A stretch of 7,898 nucleotides of DNA from Candidatus Heimdallarchaeota archaeon B3_Heim (lineage in GTDB: Archaea; Asgardarchaeota; Heimdallarchaeia; Hodarchaeales; Hodarchaeaceae): the NCBI GenBank assembly GCA_003144275.1, contig NJBF01000080.1:1-7898 (forward strand), in the 5' to 3' direction. A program made the translations under genes and the position numbers. The notes under the pieces were generated by a model. It saw only the letters and a program-made list of their open reading frames with translations, was not told the origin of the DNA and searched no databases. Of the stretch, positions 1-5,798 are shown one piece after another (the stretch's first letter is position 1; every line of letters begins with the position of its first letter).

Positions 1-408
1 ACGGTACAGGGCCTTGTTTTGTCATTAAGTTTAGATTTTGACTTTCCCCTAACAGCAGAGATAGACATTCCTCGAACTTATATCGGAAAAACTGGAGATA
101 CGATGAGCTCCGATATTCCCAAATTAGAAGCTGTTTTAATACGCAGAGGAGATGAACTTCTTCCCTCCCATGAACCCATGCGTCCTGATGATAAAATTAT
201 TGTATATTACTACAGTAATTTCGATATGAAACGCACTAATAGAGTCGTAACGGAATTACCTTACAAAAAAAAGAAGAAAAAAGCAAAAAAAAGTAAAATA
301 GTGGATACACACGAAATTAGCGATCTTGAAGGGTCAGATGAAGAGAAAAGTCAATTTGAGGAAAGCAGTTTGAACCAAGCGAATACTGTAGAAAAGGAGG
401 ATTTATGA
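1..408 (+). CDS. 5'-truncated RCK/TrkA-like protein: TrkA_C (RCK-C) domain plus lysine-rich and acidic tail
   Basis: Frame 1 is open from base 1 (TVQGLVLSLS...), so the true start probably lies upstream of the window. EIDIPRTYIGKT...VLIRRGDELLP...MRPDDKIIVY fits the TrkA_C pattern (xVP...VGKT...AIxRGGxxIxP...LxxGDxLxV). The next gene is also RCK-like. Confidence 0.7.
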   Translation, partial: TVQGLVLSLSLDFDFPLTAEIDIPRTYIGKTGDTMSSDIPKLEAVLIRRGDELLPSHEPMRPDDKIIVYYYSNFDMKRTNRVVTELPYKKKKKKAKKSKIVDTHEISDLEGSDEEKSQFEESSLNQANTVEKEDL

Positions 409-1118
409 TGGGTTTTTTTAAGAAAAGAAGAGTCCGTAAGTTCGCTGAGAAAGCTGTGGAACAACAAAGTGATTTTTATGTTTTCGGTAGTAACAATTTT
501 ACAGAGGCCTTTATCGATCAATTATTCCAGATCGGTGCTGAAAGTAAAGTTTCTTTAATTTCTGATATCAAACTAAACTGGATAGAAGAAGTAAAATCGC
601 AGATAAATGTGCTATATGAAGAAAAAACGGAAGAATATGCAAAAAGAAATTTGTACGAAACTCTAGGTTTTCAAAATGCAAAAAAAGTCATTATTCTTCA
701 CGAAGATCCTGTAATAATTCAAAATATAATGTCTTTTGTCACAGGTAGCGATTTACAGGTCATTATATTATCCCAATTCGCTCCACCATTTGTTAAATAT
801 TTATCAGGTCAGAAACCTGGCCAGATACTCATTGTAAATAATATATTTCAAATAGTAAATGAGTTATATGCTAAAATGGACTTACCTCTAAGTAGACCTC
901 CAATCATATCTATCCCCGTTCCTCCAAAATTAATTAACTCCTCTCCAATTCATGTAAATATCCCCAAAGTACGCATTCTACGAATCTTGAGAGAGGAGTA
1001 TAAGAAAAAACTTCTACCAATAGAACTTCCACTCCAAGAAAAAGATCGGCTACTGTTATATTTGGAGGATTCTCAAGAATCTTTGAAAAATCTAGTGGAC
1101 TTTTTAACAAAAAATTGA
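405..1118 (+). CDS. Degenerate RCK/TrkA-like protein (Rossmann TrkA_N-like plus TrkA_C-like domain)
   Basis: FYVFGSNNFTEAFIDQL sits at the beta1-alpha1 position of the Rossmann fold; LYETLGFQNAKKVIILHED resembles the RCK motif LxxAGIxxAxxVIxxxxDD; the C-terminal ISIPVP...RILRILR...LQEKDRLLLYL is TrkA_C-like. ATGA overlap with the upstream stop (405-408) and GGAGG at 396-400; the ATG at 408 is an alternative start. Confidence 0.7.
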   Translation: MMGFFKKRRVRKFAEKAVEQQSDFYVFGSNNFTEAFIDQLFQIGAESKVSLISDIKLNWIEEVKSQINVLYEEKTEEYAKRNLYETLGFQNAKKVIILHEDPVIIQNIMSFVTGSDLQVIILSQFAPPFVKYLSGQKPGQILIVNNIFQIVNELYAKMDLPLSRPPIISIPVPPKLINSSPIHVNIPKVRILRILREEYKKKLLPIELPLQEKDRLLLYLEDSQESLKNLVDFLTKN

Positions 1119-1131
1119 CATTGTACTGTTA

Positions 1132-1761
1132 CTACGAGCGAGGGGTCGCTTGATAGCATATTAACTGTTCACCCTCTATTTTTTTCCTCGCCATTTCCAC
1201 TATATGGAATTGAGTGTACCTCATGATATCGCTGTTGTCATTTAATGATGACGAGAGAAAAAAGGCATATTTAAATTTGAACCTATGAAGTCCATCTAAA
1301 AATTTGGTGACTGGTATAACTCCACTTGGCCCACCCGCCCAAGTTCTAACTATTGGAGAATTAGTTTGAATGTATTCGTCAAAAGATGTTCGTACATATG
1401 GTGGATTAAAATATATGATATCTGGGGAAAAATTTTGAGGATTAAAACAATCAAGATATCTTGCACAGCAGAAATAAGCATTATTATCAGGAATCCATTC
1501 TTTAATATTTTCGATACTCAATGAAACCGCCATTGGAGAAATATCGGTTCCAAAAAATCGTAAATAGGGATATGCCTGATACAAGTATATCAAAATATAT
1601 CCCGTTCCAATCCCTACTTCACAAATTAATCCCGACTGACCCTTCTCGATCTTATATCTAGAGAGAAAATCCGATAAGAATTCTGTAAGGAACCAAGTAT
1701 CCTCACTTGGAGGATATACTTCAGGATTTGATCTTACAGAGAATTTTTCTCGCCATTTCAT
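1132..1761 (-). CDS. hemK: HemK2/Mtq2 (N6AMT1-like) SAM-dependent protein-glutamine methyltransferase, putative aRF1 GGQ methylase
   Basis: VYPPSEDTWFL (Mtq2/HemK2 VYxPxEDSxLL motif), EVGIGTG (motif I), TDISPMAV (motif II), FNPPYV (motif IV) and WAGGPSG. Confidence 0.92.
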   Translation of the reverse strand: MKWREKFSVRSNPEVYPPSEDTWFLTEFLSDFLSRYKIEKGQSGLICEVGIGTGYILIYLYQAYPYLRFFGTDISPMAVSLSIENIKEWIPDNNAYFCCARYLDCFNPQNFSPDIIYFNPPYVRTSFDEYIQTNSPIVRTWAGGPSGVIPVTKFLDGLHRFKFKYAFFLSSSLNDNSDIMRYTQFHIVEMARKKIEGEQLICYQATPRS

Positions 1762-1805
1762 TAGCTACTTGCCATTCCAATTTTTGAAGGAAGCTTTTCT
1801 TCTAG

Positions 1806-4673
1806 TCAAACCATTCCTTTTCCAATTTGATCAAATATTTCTTCAAGAGATCCTCTGACTCTTGAAGAATACAAATCTGATGAGAAACGAAGAAGGTCCA
1901 AATAGAATTTGTTCTGTGCTAATAAGGAAAACCAACTCAGAGTAATTACAGTCTTTTTCAGGGTCCAATCCTTGGTTTCCCAAAAATGCTTCATAGTACT
2001 ATAATCACTTTTGAAACTTGGAACAACAAGTAAAATTCTATAAATGGCGTTATTCTCTGATTTTTCTGTTTCAACAACAATTCGTGTTCCATAAAGGGAT
2101 TTTAATGATTTAACTGCCCTTTCATTTGTAAGATAACCCAATTCAAGTGTTGGTACAGGGATATTATTTTGAATTACTATTTTAACTTCTGGATCGGATT
2201 TAAATACGTTTTTTCCGACAAGTCTCCCAGAAGAACTAAACACATTCGATAAGAGCTCATAAGCATGCGTTTCTAATACTTTAGCATAACTGCGAAAAAT
2301 ATCGGATGACGATGTAACTTCAGCAATCGATTCTTTCAAAAAAGGATAAGTCTTTTTGGTAACAAGAGCGTCTAGAACTTCTGATTGTAAATTATTAGGT
2401 AAAGATCTGTATATTGCATAAAAATAATATCGTCCTACGTTCTTAAATTCAAAGAATGGGTCTTTTTGGAAACTTTGTGTGATAGATTTTTGAATGCTTT
2501 TCATTGACGCAGAGGAGGCCGAAATTAATTTACTATCTTGATTAGCAAGATTTTTTCTGTTTATATTTAAGAAATTACAGGCTTGCATAAACGTTTTTGA
2601 GGCTTCTTTTGACACACCCTTTACTTGCTTTTCTACCAGAGATAATACATTGCTGTAACTTTTTGTTACGGTTGATTCCATTTTTTCAGTAATTTTTCGG
2701 AATTCTTTCTCAGTGTCTTTGATAAATCCTTGGTTCTTCAAAACTTTTTTAAGTTCCTGCTCTTTTAATTTTCCATTTACATATTCTTTTGAAGCATTTT
2801 TCGATTTCTTAAGATTTTCTTGCAGGTCTGTCATTAATTTATCAAATTCAGAAAGATTTTTCGTTATGTCTGAATTAACTTCGGATATGGGCTTTATAGT
2901 AAATTTTAACGAGTGTCGCTTAGCAATCTTGAGTTGGTACCCTTTAGAAATATCCTGCGGTTTTTGAGATAAATATCTTGGAATATTCTTGATCTCATCA
3001 TCGAATTCTGAGCGAAACGCTGTAATCTTCTTTTTAATAAGCTGTCCTTCTTCTGACAAGCTCTTCACATTTGCATCAATCACCGATTGCATCAGCTCAT
3101 CGATTGTAAGCTGATTACTCAAGATTTTTGCTGAAGTAATCTTGTCATCGGGGAATGCAAAAGAAAATGAGACTTTCGACTGGACGCTCTCTAAATAGGA
3201 ATATACTTTGAAAATTCCATGAGATTGGTGAAGGTCACGAGCTAAAAGATCAAGATTTTTATTCAATGTTTCAAGCAGATTATTTGGGTTCTCCTCACTG
3301 AATGCTAATTCTGAGATAACTGCATTTACACCGAAAGCAAGAGAGGAAAAAAGAGCACGATAAAAAGGAAGTACATCACTGGCTTTTTTTACTGTGAAAG
3401 AAAGCGGAGATAATTTGGTTCCGGTCAACTTGAATTTAGTCATCATTTTTTCGATAGTACTGAAATGAGAAGGAGGTATTTCATCTCTCATCTCGGGTAA
3501 TACATCTAAGATATCAATTTTTGTTTCATTACTAATTAATTTGAAAACGATTTGCATATATTTCCATGCAGAAGGAGTTAATCCTGCAGAAAATTCTTCA
3601 CAAAAATATCTTATGTAAGGTATTAGTAATTTAGCAAATATCTCATCTTCTATCATTTTTTCTGCAATTCGTGCTAGTGTGCCCCCAATATCATAATTTT
3701 CGTTTATTCGTGTCGTTAAAAGACTTACTTCGGATTTAAAGGAGGCAATTTCTGGATTTGCTAAAAAATAAAGGGGAAACTCTTTGAGATATTTATGAAA
3801 AATAGCATCTTCAATACGAGATCGAAGGTTTTTCTTAGTAACTTCATGTAAGGAAATATCTTCAAGAAACATTCGAAGATCATTCTCTTCGAATTCACGG
3901 ATCACTTCTTGCAATGCAGTATCAAATTTGAATGCACCTAGGTTTCTTTCAACATACTTCCTTACTTCTTTTAGAAGCGAACTCGATTTAGAATACATTA
4001 CAACTGAGTGAGGATATTCACTTGCCAGAAATTCCATTAATTCATGTGTGAATTTTTCTAGTATATCTTTTCTTTCGGCTTGGATCGTTGGAACAATTTC
4101 ATGAAACTTTCCTTTTAGATTTGAAATTTTAACCAAGGAAGCAGAGTATTCATAACCACTGATGGATTTTTCAAGCGTTTTATCAAGTGATTGACTGAAA
4201 AGATTATCATTATGAGGGATTGATACTTTTTTCCTGGCTTTTTTTATACTACTCAGAAAGAAATCTAAGACATCCGAGATTCCAAATGCAGTAAATTCTT
4301 TCTCTGCACGTTCAACAAGATCAGTTTTAAGGGTCTCCTCAGCAAAGAATGTCACCATTTGCTCATAAAACTCGACAAGAACAGGCGCTACAGTAATATG
4401 CTTACGAGAGATCAATAAAAACTGGCCAACAAGTTCAAAATCAGATCTTTTCACAAGAAATCTCCCAGTTTTATTGTTATGACTACCCCCAACAAAACGG
4501 CTTGTATCTCCACCAATTTCTCCACCCAACATCTGTTGTACAGCTGTTAAACCACCTGTATATACTTGTTCGTCCACAGATTTTAATCCTGGTTGTCCTA
4601 AAGACACCAGGCTTAATCCTGATAGAGAGGCGAGTGAAACCCATGCAACTGGTTGAAAATCTTGGTCTGTCAA
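1806..4673 (-). CDS. 955-aa uncharacterised protein: putative N-terminal longin-like domain and long predicted helical body
   Basis: Uninterrupted 2868-nt ORF. The TTG start has AAGGTG 8 nt upstream. The N-terminus WVSLASLSGLSLV...VDEQVYTGGLTAVQQMLGGEIGG resembles the longin pattern (hhhxxxSGxxL...DxxLxxGxLxAhxxxxxEh). The rest is K/E/L/S-rich with no transmembrane stretch or recognisable catalytic motif. The CDS is secure; the domain call is tentative. Confidence 0.6.
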   Translation of the reverse strand: MTDQDFQPVAWVSLASLSGLSLVSLGQPGLKSVDEQVYTGGLTAVQQMLGGEIGGDTSRFVGGSHNNKTGRFLVKRSDFELVGQFLLISRKHITVAPVLVEFYEQMVTFFAEETLKTDLVERAEKEFTAFGISDVLDFFLSSIKKARKKVSIPHNDNLFSQSLDKTLEKSISGYEYSASLVKISNLKGKFHEIVPTIQAERKDILEKFTHELMEFLASEYPHSVVMYSKSSSLLKEVRKYVERNLGAFKFDTALQEVIREFEENDLRMFLEDISLHEVTKKNLRSRIEDAIFHKYLKEFPLYFLANPEIASFKSEVSLLTTRINENYDIGGTLARIAEKMIEDEIFAKLLIPYIRYFCEEFSAGLTPSAWKYMQIVFKLISNETKIDILDVLPEMRDEIPPSHFSTIEKMMTKFKLTGTKLSPLSFTVKKASDVLPFYRALFSSLAFGVNAVISELAFSEENPNNLLETLNKNLDLLARDLHQSHGIFKVYSYLESVQSKVSFSFAFPDDKITSAKILSNQLTIDELMQSVIDANVKSLSEEGQLIKKKITAFRSEFDDEIKNIPRYLSQKPQDISKGYQLKIAKRHSLKFTIKPISEVNSDITKNLSEFDKLMTDLQENLKKSKNASKEYVNGKLKEQELKKVLKNQGFIKDTEKEFRKITEKMESTVTKSYSNVLSLVEKQVKGVSKEASKTFMQACNFLNINRKNLANQDSKLISASSASMKSIQKSITQSFQKDPFFEFKNVGRYYFYAIYRSLPNNLQSEVLDALVTKKTYPFLKESIAEVTSSSDIFRSYAKVLETHAYELLSNVFSSSGRLVGKNVFKSDPEVKIVIQNNIPVPTLELGYLTNERAVKSLKSLYGTRIVVETEKSENNAIYRILLVVPSFKSDYSTMKHFWETKDWTLKKTVITLSWFSLLAQNKFYLDLLRFSSDLYSSRVRGSLEEIFDQIGKGMV

Positions 4674-4843
4674 AATTGTAACACCTTTAGAGAATCGAGA
4701 AAGTTTTCGAGAAAGACAAAAATTCTCGTACCGAATCCGTTAGCAATATTATAAATATAAATCTCGTACATAATAATTAGGTAGAAAAGGGGATTTATGA
4801 TTATTTTATTCCCTCCCCCATAAAATATCTGGTGTAAAGATAG
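4674..4843. promoter_or_regulatory. Divergent promoter region with a central TATA-like AT core
   Basis: 170-nt gap between head-to-head genes. AATATTATAAATATAAA at 4745-4761. SD-like AAGGTG on the minus strand before the TTG at 4673 and GGTG at 4831-4834 before the ATG at 4844. Confidence 0.6.
4695..4769. repeat. Short direct and inverted repeats built on CGAGA/TCTCG
   Basis: TCGAGAAAG at 4695-4703 and 4707-4715; TCTCGTAC at 4724-4731 and 4762-4769; TTCTCG (4723-4728) is the reverse complement of CGAGAA. Confidence 0.7.
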
Positions 4844-5245
4844 ATGTTTAGAAAGAAATTACGCGAAATGCTACAACTCATGGGCGTAATGGATATCGAT
4901 GACGAAATTCTTGATAATCTACAAAGACAGTTATTTAAATTTCTTGAATTCGATGATTCTCTTGCTGGTGGAATTACTTTTAAGACTGGAAGTATTATCA
5001 CCACCTTACAAATTCAGAATTATCAAGAAATAAAGGAAACCATATCAAAGAAGTATGAGAAGGGAGAAGCACTAGGGAAAATGAATCTACGTCTGACAAT
5101 GTCAAGTTTTTGTTTATACTTAACAGAGGAGAGAAAGTGCCAAATCACGGATGATAGCTGCCCATTTGAAGTTGGTACACGCTGGTGGGAGTGTGAAATT
5201 GTCCAAGCCTCTTGCTTACCAAATGATGAAGAGGAATGGAAATAA
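4844..5245 (+). CDS. 133-aa hypothetical protein: possible histone-fold-like N-terminus and C-terminal five-Cys metal-binding cluster
   Basis: ATG start with upstream GGTG; the ORF fills the space between flanking genes. Cys pattern C90-x8-C99-x6-C106-x10-C117-x6-C124. The histone-fold resemblance was judged by eye only. Confidence 0.65.
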   Translation: MFRKKLREMLQLMGVMDIDDEILDNLQRQLFKFLEFDDSLAGGITFKTGSIITTLQIQNYQEIKETISKKYEKGEALGKMNLRLTMSSFCLYLTEERKCQITDDSCPFEVGTRWWECEIVQASCLPNDEEEWK

Positions 5246-5251
5246 GAGGAT

Positions 5252-5782
5252 CTAATCTCTCTCGGTGGGACGAGGTAGATCATGTACAATTGCCTGTAAT
5301 AGCAAAGACATCCCCGAGTTATTTTGAGGGGACATAGAGTATATTGTTAAATTGTGTTCATTCACTAAATTATTCAAATTCTTGGGAGGTTTTTCTTTTT
5401 CCCCTTTTGATCGATTTCCAACAAGAAGGAATTTCATGGAGGGGGTTGCCTCTTTAATAGTCTCAAAAGCCTGATTTACATAGATGTGGGATTCCTTATC
5501 TGAAAAGTCAAAAACCAATACTACAACTGCTGCATTCTGCAAGAAGTTCTTTATTTGATAATCCAAGCTATTAGATATATCCCAGAATTGGAGATAGTAA
5601 TTGTGTTTCTGATACTCTAATTCTAAATTATAATAGTAAATTCCAAGAGTAGGTACATAATCTGTATCAACATTTGAAGCAACTAGTCTTCGTATAATTG
5701 AGGTTTTCCCAACTCCTTGTTTTCCAAGAAATACTATTTTATAATACGGATGAAATTCATTTACTTGTGTCGGGGAAGACAA
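5252..5782 (-). CDS. Rab/Ras-like small GTPase with degenerate G3, G4 and G5 motifs
   Basis: KIVFLGKQGVGKTS (G1), YVPTLG (G2), LQFWDISN (G3 position), VVVLVFD, LLVGNRSK (G4 position), YSMSPQ (G5 position). TTG start 16 nt after the stop of the upstream gene. No C-terminal Cys prenylation motif. Confidence 0.9.
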   Translation of the reverse strand: MSSPTQVNEFHPYYKIVFLGKQGVGKTSIIRRLVASNVDTDYVPTLGIYYYNLELEYQKHNYYLQFWDISNSLDYQIKNFLQNAAVVVLVFDFSDKESHIYVNQAFETIKEATPSMKFLLVGNRSKGEKEKPPKNLNNLVNEHNLTIYSMSPQNNSGMSLLLQAIVHDLPRPTERD

Positions 5783-5798
5783 AAAAACTCACACGCCT

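Noticed and set aside
394-408. C-terminal KEDL resembling the ER-retention signal KDEL
   Set aside because: The codons AAG GAG GAT TTA TGA are explained by the overlapping GGAGG SD and start codon of the next gene, and there is no signal-peptide evidence.
1786-1802. Imperfect inverted repeat GAAGGAAGCTTTTCTTC between the longin-like and HemK genes
   Set aside because: Weak stem with no following U-tract on the transcribed (minus) strand; not supportable as a terminator.
2713-2967. 84-aa plus-strand ORF
   Set aside because: Lies wholly antisense within the 955-aa gene, has no motif or SD, and has shadow-ORF composition (F/S-rich).
4801-5004. 67-aa minus-strand ORF
   Set aside because: Antisense to the 133-aa gene, which has an SD and a Cys motif; no recognisable features.
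4844-5245. The 133-aa Cys protein as the Trm112 partner of HemK2, or as a histone substrate by analogy with KMT9
   Set aside because: It lacks the Trm112 CPxC...CxxC...YPI..GIP pattern and has no lysine-rich histone tail; only proximity supports the idea.
5023-5289. 88-aa minus-strand ORF
   Set aside because: Antisense to the 133-aa gene and overlaps the GTPase end in another frame; S/F-rich shadow ORF.
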